A stretch of DNA of 64,000 nt from a virus: positions 1 to 64,000 of IMG/VR virus record IMGVR_UViG_3300010938_000004. One strand, written 5' to 3'. Below are positions 30,468 through 39,988 of the stretch, piece after piece. A program made the position numbers and the translations under genes. The notes under the pieces are model-generated. The model searched no databases, had not been told where the DNA came from, and saw nothing but the letters and a program-made list of their open reading frames with translations. How positions within the stretch are numbered: position 1 is the first letter of the stretch; the number at the start of each line of letters is the position of its first letter.

Positions 30468-30796
30468 TTCTCCTTCGGCAAAAAGCGCAGGATCTGACTG
30501 CTGAGCCCGCGGAGCCGGCTAGCGAGGCCGGGCACCCTGGTGAGAAATGAAGAAGCGGCAGAGTTGTCGGCTTTCTCCTCCGAGGCGGCGATCTTGTACA
30601 TCGCCGACAGTAGGGTTGAGACGGTTACGTCGAGTCCGTTGAAGTCGACGACACTGACGCGCGGGTCTAGCTCAAATGCCTTGAGCACGTCCTCGGTGGT
30701 CACATACTGCGCCGTGCGACTGCAGTACAGCTTGCGGTTCTCGTACCGCTTGAACTTCAGCGGGGCTTCAGGGGTCTTAAGGTTCGCTTCTTCCAT
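30464..30796 (-). CDS. PhaR-like (PHB_acc_N) DNA-binding protein
   Basis: KRYENRKLY..YVT.ED..VVD.NG.DVT..TL. Confidence 0.75.
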   Translation of the reverse strand: MEEANLKTPEAPLKFKRYENRKLYCSRTAQYVTTEDVLKAFELDPRVSVVDFNGLDVTVSTLLSAMYKIAASEEKADNSAASSFLTRVPGLASRLRGLSSQILRFLPKEK

Positions 30797-30799
30797 GAT

Positions 30800-31999
30800 T
30801 TACTCCTCTTTTCGAAACCTCAACCCCACCGGAAAGCGCGGCTTGCCGTGCTCTGTCCACCCTTGGAACTGTACCGTCAATTGACGCCCTATGTAAAGAC
30901 CTTTGTCCCGCAGCATGTCGGCCAGCGATGAGCGCAGGCCGCGCATGTTGCAAGTAAAATCCTTGCCGTCTTTTGTGATGCACTTAAACACGGCCTTGCC
31001 GGCCATGCGCCCCTCGCCTTCTACGACGCCCACCACGGTGAACTCCTCATCGTGCATGGTCTTGAGCTTGAGCAAGCTGTGCGTGCGAGCGCCCACGTAA
31101 GGCGCAAATCGATCGCGCAGAATTGCTCCCTCGAAGCCGGCTTCGAGCATCTCTGCCAAGAACTCTTGTGCGCCTTCATGAGAAAGAACGTACCGATCGG
31201 GGACGATCTGTACCAGGTGGGAGACGGGTAGAGCATAATGTATCAGCTCATCCACGATCTCACTGCGCCTAAGATCGTATGTCATCCTTTCCTTGCCAGG
31301 GAAGAATCCGTCAAAGATGTGAAGCGGGATCGAAACAGCCTCCGGATTGGGCTCCTTCCGACGCAGTGCGCTCATCATGTGCTCGAAAAGCATTCCGTGA
31401 CGATAAAGCTCTCCGTCCAGCACGACCTTGAATTCGGGCTTTCGCAGCGGGTTCAGGGTGTTCTCTACGATGCTCTTTACCCCATCCTCGACGTGTGGAC
31501 AGGAGGTGATGGCCTTCCGAGAGCGCGACAGCAGCGTAACCTTGCCTCCATCATAGACGGCCAGACAGCGCATCCCGTCAAGTTTGGGCTGGGCAACACA
31601 TGGCCAGGCGATCTTGTGGGAGAAGTCCTCGTACTTCTCGGCCAGCACGGGCTTGTACCCTCCGACCTCATCCTCCCCGCGCTGAGCCTTTTCCAGGTCA
31701 GTCGTATAGCCGGCCTTGAATTTCTTTTGCCACTTCTGCTTAACCAATGCTTCGGCTTGGTCGCGCACGGAGGTCTCGTTGGAGCGACCGACGTTTTTTC
31801 CGCTCTTCACTTGCACGCGATCTACCTGCAGTTGACCATTAAGCGTTCCATGAGTCGTCACCACATAAGTCAGCACGAGCTGAGCTGGCCACTCATTGAT
31901 AGGAACATGCTCTTCTTCCACCGACACGCGCCACACAGACACGGCCCCGGTCTTGGCCAATTTGTAAAGGGGCGGCAGCTCGAAAAACTTCTTGCTCAT
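30800..31999 (-). CDS. ATP-dependent DNA ligase
   Basis: QPKLDGMR, LDGELY, IFD, FEGAILR, LLKLK, PRFP. Confidence 0.92.
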   Translation of the reverse strand: MSKKFFELPPLYKLAKTGAVSVWRVSVEEEHVPINEWPAQLVLTYVVTTHGTLNGQLQVDRVQVKSGKNVGRSNETSVRDQAEALVKQKWQKKFKAGYTTDLEKAQRGEDEVGGYKPVLAEKYEDFSHKIAWPCVAQPKLDGMRCLAVYDGGKVTLLSRSRKAITSCPHVEDGVKSIVENTLNPLRKPEFKVVLDGELYRHGMLFEHMMSALRRKEPNPEAVSIPLHIFDGFFPGKERMTYDLRRSEIVDELIHYALPVSHLVQIVPDRYVLSHEGAQEFLAEMLEAGFEGAILRDRFAPYVGARTHSLLKLKTMHDEEFTVVGVVEGEGRMAGKAVFKCITKDGKDFTCNMRGLRSSLADMLRDKGLYIGRQLTVQFQGWTEHGKPRFPVGLRFRKEE

Positions 32000-32796
32000 T
32001 AGTCCTCCGCCAGAAAGGCCACTTGGTTTTTGAGTGTGTCCCCCAGCCTGCCCTTAAGGATGCTAGGACCACGACTCCGCGGTTGAATGGTGAGCTTTCT
32101 GCAAACTCTTCGAACTACCTTATGGCGCTCTGCCAGCGCATAGGTGTCCGGACTCAATCTGCTCCAGTCCTCTACCGTTAGAAGCTTTTTAGCAATGGGG
32201 CTCAGCTTCTGAGAGATCTCATCCGCTAACTGCATGCGCCGCGCAAACGCACACTGTCGCTTAGTATCACGAGTGACTTCTTTCAGGGCCTCATGATGGA
32301 CGCTCATGTTCGAGCAAGGCGGGATCTTTCTGGCTTTATAGCCGCGAGTCCGCCCCTGATTGTCCATCTTATTTCCGCACCATTTAAGGCGCGAGTAAAC
32401 CCTAGCCTTGATGGTTGAATCTGCCCGAATGACTCGATACAGGCCCGGGTACCGCTTCATGCAGTCGCCAGGGGAAACGATCCCTAGTTTTTGAATTTCG
32501 GCCACAAGTTCATCCGTAGTCAGTTTGCTCCATCTTCCGTATGGCGTCCCATGCCTCGTCAGCGAAACTTTAGCCTGCACCCCAAGAGAGCGCAGGCTCT
32601 TCGAAATCACATCCTCAGCCTGCTTAAGGAGATCCAAGTACCAAAGGCGCCCATAGAACCTGGGATAAAATTTACGCACTGCAGACAGGGAGCCGACTCG
32701 CTCCGGCTGTTCTAGGGCGGCCTTTTGCAGCAACGCGAGCGCAGCATGAGGTGGGTCGCCTGGTCGAAAATTGCTGAATAGTGCGTTGGCTTTCAT
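31999..32796 (-). CDS. Basic hypothetical protein with three short helical repeats, possibly DNA-binding
   Basis: KFYPRFY, KRYPGLY, LSPDTY repeats. Confidence 0.5.
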   Translation of the reverse strand: MKANALFSNFRPGDPPHAALALLQKAALEQPERVGSLSAVRKFYPRFYGRLWYLDLLKQAEDVISKSLRSLGVQAKVSLTRHGTPYGRWSKLTTDELVAEIQKLGIVSPGDCMKRYPGLYRVIRADSTIKARVYSRLKWCGNKMDNQGRTRGYKARKIPPCSNMSVHHEALKEVTRDTKRQCAFARRMQLADEISQKLSPIAKKLLTVEDWSRLSPDTYALAERHKVVRRVCRKLTIQPRSRGPSILKGRLGDTLKNQVAFLAED

Positions 32797-34199
32797 CTCG
32801 CAGCCTTGTGTATGGGTTTAGCCTTGGCGATCGTCCGATACACCTGGCGCATGACCGTGAGTTTGTCCCCATGGAGGTCCACCGGCGCCACCACGTCACA
32901 CCACTCTGTGAGCGACGAAGTCCTTGACTGATCCACCTGCAGGCCAAAGGTGCGCATCCCGCGCGAGCGAAACGCGTCTAGCTTTTGCATAGTGTAAGGG
33001 CTGACTCGATCTTCGCCATCAGTAAGCACCACGAGATCTGCTACCTTGTGATGGACCTTGGCGTTCTTCACCATGCGGCTCAGGCAATGCTCGATAGCCC
33101 GATCGAAGCTTGTTCCTCCGCTTGCGTGAAGCGACAGCACATCACTGGGCTTGATGGTCCAGGCGGCGTCGTTGAACGCCACCACCTCAAAAGGGCGACG
33201 CTGCTGAGCGCAGGCAACCGCCAGGCCCGCGGCCATCGACTTAGCCCACAGCAGGCGCTGCTGGTCCATAGAGCTTGAGCAATCAAGCGCCATCACAACA
33301 GGCCCCATGGCCGACTCGGAGGCCTCGACGGTCTGAATCGGCAGGCGGCCCTCGGCCATCTCCAGAAGGAAGAGATCTTCGTTCATTTCAAGCTTGAACA
33401 GCGCGCTGGGTAGGATCTTCGATAGGTCTGAGCCGAAGGAGATGTCTACCATCTCGCCCGAGCTGTAGGAGTTGGTGAATAAGCACTCAAGCTTAGATGC
33501 AGCTCGTGCACGGCCCATCAGATCAAACAGCTCCAGCAGATTGCGATCCAAGCAAACGGACGGCTCTTTGGCCGCAAACTGAGGAACAGTGTAGTGCTTG
33601 CCAGCCTGCCGGCCGCCAGGAATAGATTTTCCTTGTTCATTGGGGCTCTGGTCCAGCTGCTCAAGCTCGCGCGCGGCAGACATACCAGCCTGCAGGCCCG
33701 CTGCTTGCTCCAGGGCACCTCGCACTGCCTGATTCAGGCCCTCGGAACGCGACCGCTGCTCCTGTTCATCCTTGGGCGGCTTCTGCGTCAGGATCTTAAC
33801 GATCTGCTTCGCAAGCGACAGGACTGACATCGCAGCCACCATCGGGTCCATCAGCGCGCACTCCATCAGGTGCGCCCAGCTATCGGTCTTCGCCAGCTCC
33901 TCAGTAACCTTCTGAGTGGCCTGAGCATGCTCGTCCGCGAACTCGAAGTCTGTTACGCGAGAAGGATTCGACAGCACCTCCTCGGTTTTCCCCACGCTCA
34001 GGACGGCCGCAATGCCCTGACCCACCCGAGTAAGGGTCGTCACCGCTTCCTTGGTGGTCTGTTGCTGGTCGCCCTTCAAGTTGGCGCCAACAAAGACCCG
34101 CTCAGGGCCGCGGCGCTCGATCTGGCGACTCAACACCAGGGCCGTAGACCGTCCAACCAGCACTTCGAGAGGAGATAGGTTTTGACTTTTGTCTTCCAT
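32793..34199 (-). CDS. VWA-domain protein (ViaA-like)
   Basis: MIDAS residues DCSSS, GGT, LTDG. Confidence 0.8.
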   Translation of the reverse strand: MEDKSQNLSPLEVLVGRSTALVLSRQIERRGPERVFVGANLKGDQQQTTKEAVTTLTRVGQGIAAVLSVGKTEEVLSNPSRVTDFEFADEHAQATQKVTEELAKTDSWAHLMECALMDPMVAAMSVLSLAKQIVKILTQKPPKDEQEQRSRSEGLNQAVRGALEQAAGLQAGMSAARELEQLDQSPNEQGKSIPGGRQAGKHYTVPQFAAKEPSVCLDRNLLELFDLMGRARAASKLECLFTNSYSSGEMVDISFGSDLSKILPSALFKLEMNEDLFLLEMAEGRLPIQTVEASESAMGPVVMALDCSSSMDQQRLLWAKSMAAGLAVACAQQRRPFEVVAFNDAAWTIKPSDVLSLHASGGTSFDRAIEHCLSRMVKNAKVHHKVADLVVLTDGEDRVSPYTMQKLDAFRSRGMRTFGLQVDQSRTSSLTEWCDVVAPVDLHGDKLTVMRQVYRTIAKAKPIHKAAR

Positions 34200-34206
34200 G
34201 AGCTTT

Positions 34207-34235
34207 ACTCTATCGTTCTTGACGCGTCATGTCAA
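34207..34235 (-). promoter_or_regulatory. Promoter with overlapping palindrome
   Basis: TTGACA-17-TAGAGT; TTGAC-N7-GTCAA at 34219-34235. Confidence 0.6.
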
Positions 34236-34243
34236 GAACTGAC

Positions 34244-35143
34244 TTATTGAGCGCTGAGCATTCCTCCGGCCAGGCCCAAATCCTGCGCATTCTTGCTGAG
34301 TACGCCGACCGCTACCTCGACTTCTTTGAGCTTGAGCTTAAGATCGTCGGATTTGAACTGGAGCAACTCTGAGTACAGCAGCACGCGCTCCTTGACGTCG
34401 TTGAGGTCGTCGACCCGAGAGGTGACGTAGCGCTCACTGGCGCTCGTGCCCTTATCCTTGACGGCCTTGAGAATGTCTCCCAATTCGGCCTCCACCGAAG
34501 CCGAGAAGCTCTTCCACGCCGCGACGCGCGCCTGCTCGGTGTTGACCACCGGCACCGTACTCACCTCGCAGCCGAATTGCTTGAAAAGCTCCTGGAAAGC
34601 CCGGAACTCTACTTCGTGCGCGGACGGCACGAAGTAGACCCCGCCATTGTCTCGGATGGCGACGCCCTTCAGCCACAGGCGCAGGGCGCGCAGGACCGAC
34701 GTGCGGAGCATGTCCGAGGTGAAGCTCGACTTCAGACTCTCGAACTCTTGCACAATCTGCTCGCGATCGAGACCCTCGACCTTGGCCGTCTTCGTATCCT
34801 TGTCATACACGGCCCTAGTCTCGGTGAAAAACTTGGCTCCCAACTGGTCCTTGTTGATGCTGTCGCTCTCAGACTGGACGATGAGGTATCCCGCTGCCGA
34901 GGCGTCGTCGAGCACCTTGCGGGAAAACACACCCTCTCGGCCCTTGGCCGCCGAACGCACCGCCTTGCTCAGGGCGGACTTTGTCAAGATCTTGGCCAAG
35001 TAGTCCGTCGGGACTCCCGCCGCAGCAAACTTGGCCTCGGCTTCCTCGATGGTGACCCGGAAGCTTCGGATGGTCCAATAGACCACCCACCCCAGAAGCG
35101 GAAAGCCCTCGGCCGACTTAGCGATAGTGATTTTCGTGCTCAT
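34244..35143 (-). CDS. Conserved hypothetical protein (DUF6744/DUF3150-like)
   Basis: LLGWVVYW, GGVYFVP, C-terminal coil; RBS AAGGAGG. Confidence 0.6.
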   Translation of the reverse strand: MSTKITIAKSAEGFPLLGWVVYWTIRSFRVTIEEAEAKFAAAGVPTDYLAKILTKSALSKAVRSAAKGREGVFSRKVLDDASAAGYLIVQSESDSINKDQLGAKFFTETRAVYDKDTKTAKVEGLDREQIVQEFESLKSSFTSDMLRTSVLRALRLWLKGVAIRDNGGVYFVPSAHEVEFRAFQELFKQFGCEVSTVPVVNTEQARVAAWKSFSASVEAELGDILKAVKDKGTSASERYVTSRVDDLNDVKERVLLYSELLQFKSDDLKLKLKEVEVAVGVLSKNAQDLGLAGGMLSAQ

Positions 35144-35167
35144 GATTCCTCCTTGTTCTTCCTGTTC

Positions 35168-35196
35168 AGGCTACTCTTTTTGACGCACTATGTCAA
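35168..35196 (-). promoter_or_regulatory. Promoter with overlapping palindrome
   Basis: TTGACA-17-TAGCCT; TTGAC-N7-GTCAA at 35180-35196. Confidence 0.6.
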
Positions 35197-35392
35197 GCAG
35201 CATCTCGCGGGCTTCGTACATGACGGCCGACGCGTGCAAGTACCCGAGTTCTTCTGCTTCGTAAGCCATAATGGAGAGATCGGCGGCAATCTCCTTCGTC
35301 TTCTTGTGGAGAAAGGACCCACGCGGCACCAGTGGTTTGGTGAGAAGCGTGGGTCCCCGACGGGTCAGGAATTTGACAATGCGCTGAATCAC
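35171..35392 (-). CDS. Hypothetical protein
   Basis: GTGA overlap with the AAA gene stop. Confidence 0.45.
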   Translation of the reverse strand: MIQRIVKFLTRRGPTLLTKPLVPRGSFLHKKTKEIAADLSIMAYEAEELGYLHASAVMYEAREMLLDIVRQKE

Positions 35393-36531
35393 GGCTGAGA
35401 CACTTTCTTCTGGAGCTGCTTCTGGATGTCGTCCAGCTCTTCGACCAACTTCACGCACTGCTCGCGATTGCTCTTCAAGCCCTGCGTGGTGAAAGGTTCG
35501 ATGGTGCCTCTGGCGTTGCGAATGGCCGTGGATATCTTGAATATGTTGTCTGGGCCCAGGTCCTTCGACGGCATGCCCATGATGGCCTTGAAATCCTCTC
35601 GGATCTGGCCCATCGCCTGCTGAGCCATCAGGAGAGTCTCCTTACCGGACTGCACCACCTTGCCGATCGCCACCGCGATCGCCGGCCGCTGGTCCGGGTC
35701 CGTCCACAGAACGTCCGACAGGATGTTCAGGTGGCCAATCCCGACCTGATTGTCACCGTTCAAATACGCAACCGCCTTCAAGAGGCGGGCCGCCTGAACC
35801 CATCGGCGATCTGACACGTAGATGTCTCCACCGGAAAACTCCTGGCGCAGGCTGAACATGGCCTGGACCACGTCATCCGACAGCGGAATCGTGAGGGCCT
35901 CTTCGCGAGCCGCGGACAGGTCGCTATCGGTGATGACCGTCTCCACGGCCTTCAAGGAGGCGCCCGACAGAATCTGCTCGAAGGAAGAGGCTTTGGTGAT
36001 CGGCTCGACATGGATGCGCACCGCGAAGCGGTCATATAGCGCTGCGAGTTCCGGGCTGGTCGGGATCTCGTTCGAGGCGCCCAGCACCATGCGCAGCGGG
36101 ATGCGCTTGGGCGTGGTCCCATCGAAGAAGACCTTCTCGTTCAGAATGGGAAGCAGAGTGTTCAGGATCGCCGAACTGCCCTTGAAGATCTCGTCCAGGA
36201 AGGCTACATCGGCCTCCGGGAGCTTGTGCGCGGTAACCCGCTCATAACGCCCCTCTTTCAGGAGGGGAAACGAGAGCGGTCCGAACAGCTCTTCGGGCGA
36301 GGTGTGCTTGGTCAGGAGCCACGAGAAGTACCGGCCACTGATCGCCTGGGCGAGAGCGCCGCAGAGCGATGACTTGGCGGTGCCCGGGGGGCCCAACAGA
36401 AAGACGTTCTCGCTGGCCACCAGCGCGGCCACGATCGCCGAGATCGCCTGCTCGCGCTCGGGGAAGCGAGCATTCAGCTCCTCCGCGAGTTTTTGAAACT
36501 TGCTGGTATTATTGTTGTTCTTTTGTTCCAT
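35389..36531 (-). CDS. MoxR/RavA-like AAA+ ATPase
   Basis: GPPGTAKS, PEELFGP, FLDEIFK, ASNE, ALYDRF, SDRRW. Confidence 0.9.
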   Translation of the reverse strand: MEQKNNNNTSKFQKLAEELNARFPEREQAISAIVAALVASENVFLLGPPGTAKSSLCGALAQAISGRYFSWLLTKHTSPEELFGPLSFPLLKEGRYERVTAHKLPEADVAFLDEIFKGSSAILNTLLPILNEKVFFDGTTPKRIPLRMVLGASNEIPTSPELAALYDRFAVRIHVEPITKASSFEQILSGASLKAVETVITDSDLSAAREEALTIPLSDDVVQAMFSLRQEFSGGDIYVSDRRWVQAARLLKAVAYLNGDNQVGIGHLNILSDVLWTDPDQRPAIAVAIGKVVQSGKETLLMAQQAMGQIREDFKAIMGMPSKDLGPDNIFKISTAIRNARGTIEPFTTQGLKSNREQCVKLVEELDDIQKQLQKKVSQP

Positions 36532-36739
36532 CTTTCCCTCTCCGTCAGTTTGTCTCAGCCATGAGAATAGCGGGCTTATATGTGGTGCGTCAAGAAGGAA
36601 ATAACGCACTGCCCCGCCGAATGCGCACCTACACTCAGAACACACGAGGCGGGATGGCTAGTTTGTACCTAAAGTGCCGACATTCTTAGTTTTAGATTCT
36701 GAGACCCAGGGTTTACGCCTTGTAGGCTATCCTGTTAGA

Positions 36740-37864
36740 ATGAGAGGCAGACCCTCCACCACCGCGGCCTGTGCCTTTTGCGGCAAAGACGAGAAGGACG
36801 CGGCGCTCATACACGGGATCTCTGGCTCCATCTGCTCTTACTGCGCCGCCGTCGCCAAGGAAGCCTTCGACAAGAAAGAGACCGATGCTGAGGTGAAGCT
36901 GGACTTCAAGCCTCGCGATGTCGCTTCCTACCTGGATCAGCACGTAGTTGGACAGGAACACGCAAAGAAGATCCTTTCAGTCGCAGTTTACAACCATCAC
37001 AAGCGTCTGTCTAAGAAGTTGACAACTGGCAAGAGCAATATCTGGCTCATCGGCCCGTCTGGTACAGGCAAGACCCTGATGGCCGAGTTGGTGGCCAAGT
37101 ACGTGGACGTACCCATGGTGAGCATCGACTGCACCACCATTACGGAGGCGGGATACGTGGGCGACGACCCCGAAATGATCGTGGCCAGGCTCTTCAATGC
37201 AGCTAAGCAGGACCACGCTTTAGCATCAAAGGGACTGGTGTTCTTGGACGAGGTTGATAAGCTGGTAGCCAGCAAGAACGACACGACCAGGGACGTTCGC
37301 GGCAGGGGCGTACAGCAGTCGCTTCTGAAGATGATCGAGGGCTGTGACGTTACTTTCAACCCGTCGGGCCGAAAGAAGTCGTCAGGGGAAACTGTGGAAA
37401 CCATCAACACGAAGGACATGTTGTTCATCTTGGGCGGAGCCTTCGTGGGGCTAGATAACGTTCGCACCCGCAAGGGCATGGGCATAGGTCAGAATCCCCA
37501 CAAGACCAAGACAAAGGGCCCTCCTACCTCTGACGAGCTTGTCTCTTACGGCATGATTCCGGAGTTGGTGGGGCGCGTCCCCATCGTAGCTGAGCTTTAC
37601 CCGCTCGGGCAAGCGCAAATGGAGATGATTCTCTCGGTGGTCAAGAACAACCTCCTGTCTCAGTACGCAGAGTTGATGGCCGCGGAGGGGGTGAGCTTGA
37701 CATTCACCCCGGGATTCGTGACCAAGGTTGCGCGCCTGGCACTCAAGAGCAAGGGCGGCGCTCGATCGCTGCGCACCATCATGGAGGCTTCGCTGCTTGA
37801 CTTGATGTACGACCCGGCCACCACCGAAGTGGTACTGGACGAGAAAGACGTGAGGGAGCCATGA
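36740..37864 (+). CDS. clpX: ClpX ATP-dependent unfoldase
   Basis: C4 Zn finger CAFC..CSYC, VAVYNH, GPSGTGKT, TEAGYVG, DEVDK, GVQQSLLK, GARSLR. Confidence 0.9.
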   Translation: MRGRPSTTAACAFCGKDEKDAALIHGISGSICSYCAAVAKEAFDKKETDAEVKLDFKPRDVASYLDQHVVGQEHAKKILSVAVYNHHKRLSKKLTTGKSNIWLIGPSGTGKTLMAELVAKYVDVPMVSIDCTTITEAGYVGDDPEMIVARLFNAAKQDHALASKGLVFLDEVDKLVASKNDTTRDVRGRGVQQSLLKMIEGCDVTFNPSGRKKSSGETVETINTKDMLFILGGAFVGLDNVRTRKGMGIGQNPHKTKTKGPPTSDELVSYGMIPELVGRVPIVAELYPLGQAQMEMILSVVKNNLLSQYAELMAAEGVSLTFTPGFVTKVARLALKSKGGARSLRTIMEASLLDLMYDPATTEVVLDEKDVREP

Positions 37865-38148
37865 CAGGCACCTGCGCACTCAAACTTCTGGCTTTAGTCT
37901 CGGGACTCTGCTTGTCCGCATCCTTATTGAGCATGCACGCCGTCGAAGGCCCAGAGCTACTGTTGGTGTGCATCTTTTTAGTAGTGTCATTCCTGTGGAT
38001 TACGGATTACTTGGCTAACAGGCTATTTGAGAGCGCTATGCAGAGCTGGGAAGAGAAGGTTCCTCCGGCGCCTGCCCCTAAGCCCAAACTACGCCCGACC
38101 AGGACCAACAATCTGGGCCTGCGCCTAGTGAAGGGCGGCAAAAAGTAA
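37861..38148 (+). CDS. Two-TM membrane protein with Pro-rich tail ending LRLVKGGKK
   Basis: ATGA-coupled to clpX. Confidence 0.55.
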   Translation: MTGTCALKLLALVSGLCLSASLLSMHAVEGPELLLVCIFLVVSFLWITDYLANRLFESAMQSWEEKVPPAPAPKPKLRPTRTNNLGLRLVKGGKK

Positions 38149-38197
38149 GGCTTACCTGTTCGATGTTAGGATCTCCTCTTCTGGGAGAACTCTAAGA

Positions 38198-38656
38198 ATG
38201 CGTCCCCAACTAGCCTCAGCCGCCCGCACCAGAGTAGTGATTAACGGCGTCCCGCGCGCATATATCACGGACTTCTCGGTGTCCGTTCAGGAAAACGTTA
38301 GACAGGTGATTACATTTGGCTCGCCTGCAGCCCGTTCGATCGAGCCTCTCAGCACGTCGTGCTCGGTTCGCATCGGCCGAGTAATCCCACTGAACAACGC
38401 CGATGGCACGCCGGTCAATGCTGGTGTCCACCAAGAAGGCCTGGTTCCTACGATCCAAGACATGATCACCGCCGAGGATATGACGATCGAGATGATCGAC
38501 AAGGTAACCGGCGCAGTCCTGGCCTCGGTTCGCAACTGCCGCCCCACTGGGCACACCCTGTCCATGGCCGGAGCGGCCATTGGCACTCAAAACCTCACCT
38601 TCGTCGGAATTTACGATTCTGCGGGCGACAATTCTCCTGATAAATTAGGCTTTTAA
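38198..38656 (+). CDS. Tail tube-like protein 1
   Basis: 152 aa, beta-rich; LASAART..IGRVIP..IEMIDKVTG..FVGIYD. Confidence 0.65.
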   Translation: MRPQLASAARTRVVINGVPRAYITDFSVSVQENVRQVITFGSPAARSIEPLSTSCSVRIGRVIPLNNADGTPVNAGVHQEGLVPTIQDMITAEDMTIEMIDKVTGAVLASVRNCRPTGHTLSMAGAAIGTQNLTFVGIYDSAGDNSPDKLGF

Positions 38657-38721
38657 GCCTCTGTATCATCAAAATCTCGCGCGAGCGCGCTATGAAGCGT
38701 CTCGCCCTTTTTGTGATCCCA

Positions 38722-39424
38722 ATGAAGTGGCTCTCGCACCCCAAGAACGGGGTCAATTGCTGCCGCCTGCCCCTCCTTACGACCACATCTTCGTGGGCAC
38801 GGACCCGCGTGATGATGACCCCAGACGCGGGTCCGTCAATTCGACGCGATCGTCAATGCGTCAGACACTATCGGTACGACCTTTGATCCGCCCCACGCTG
38901 AGCAGCGAACCTACTGGTACCCGCTCAATGAAGTCGGCAGCTGGGGCTACGGATACTTGTTCTGGCTGGTGAAAATACTGGACCAACTCCATAAGCAGCG
39001 GACCATGACCTATGTTCATTGTCACGCTGGTGCTTATCGGTCTCCCACCGCAGTTTATCTGTGGCTCAGATATAAGGGCCTCTCTATCAAAAAGGCGGCG
39101 CTCATTGCCAAGTCGTGTCTCAAAGATAGTGACGAAGAGACGCTGCTCAAGCTGGCCGAGAAACACGCGTCACGCTTCGTGAATGTGCCAAAGCAAACGG
39201 AGGAGTTCTTCCGTAGGCTGCGCGCGAATCCCAACTGGTCTTTGATGTCGATCTTGACCCAGCCCCTATTGACGATTCCTCCGAGGTCTACTCGAAAGGC
39301 AATAGATCAAAGATTAAGAGTAGTTAAACTAAGATCGGCGACTCTAACCCGCGCAGTTTACATAAGCCGTTTTCTCTCAAAGCTCGGTAACTACACACGA
39401 AGGCTACTGACGACCATCCCTTAG
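38722..39424 (+). pseudogene. Dual-specificity/tyrosine phosphatase, 5' part split by two frameshifts
   Basis: HCHAGAYRS (CX5R); shifts at CCCC runs near 38770 and 38820 join MKWL.., HIFVG.. and FDAIVNAS. Confidence 0.65.
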
Positions 39425-39460
39425 CTGTGCTGTGAGACAATCGAACCGTCAAGAGGTTCT

Positions 39461-39970
39461 ATGTCTCAACCAAACCTTCTGAGCGGAGCGCGCGGCCTCA
39501 TCAAACGCAAGTCTTCCGATGGCTCCTATGAGCCGTTGTACGTCGTGACGTCCGTCTCGATCTCTACTTCTATTGGTGTGCGCCAGACGTTCGTGATCGG
39601 CTCTAAAAACCCGATCAACTCCGATCCAGTCAGCATCACCGCGCGGGCGACGATTGGCCGGGTCATCCCGGTGAATCAGCCGACCAGCTCATCTGCCGAC
39701 CAGTCCAAGGTGACGGCGATCGATCTCAAGCTGGAAGAGAAGATCTTCGAGTCGCTTGAGAAGGAGACGCTGATCATCGAGGTGCAGGACCGCGTCACAG
39801 GCAAGACGGTCGGCGCACTCAAAGAGGCCCGGTTCGCAGGCCGCGACATGGGAGACAGCGCAGGCGACCTGGCGGGTGAGTCGATTCGTTTCGAGGGTAT
39901 CTGGGACGCAGGATATGACGGTTCGGAAAACGTGGCGGTTCTGCTGGGATATGACTCCAGCAACGCCTAA
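39461..39970 (+). CDS. Tail tube-like protein 2
   Basis: Paralog of 38198..38656: LLSGARG..IGRVIP..IEVQDRVTG..FEGIWD. Confidence 0.65.
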   Translation: MSQPNLLSGARGLIKRKSSDGSYEPLYVVTSVSISTSIGVRQTFVIGSKNPINSDPVSITARATIGRVIPVNQPTSSSADQSKVTAIDLKLEEKIFESLEKETLIIEVQDRVTGKTVGALKEARFAGRDMGDSAGDLAGESIRFEGIWDAGYDGSENVAVLLGYDSSNA

Positions 39971-39988
39971 GGCGGAAGGAAGTAACTT

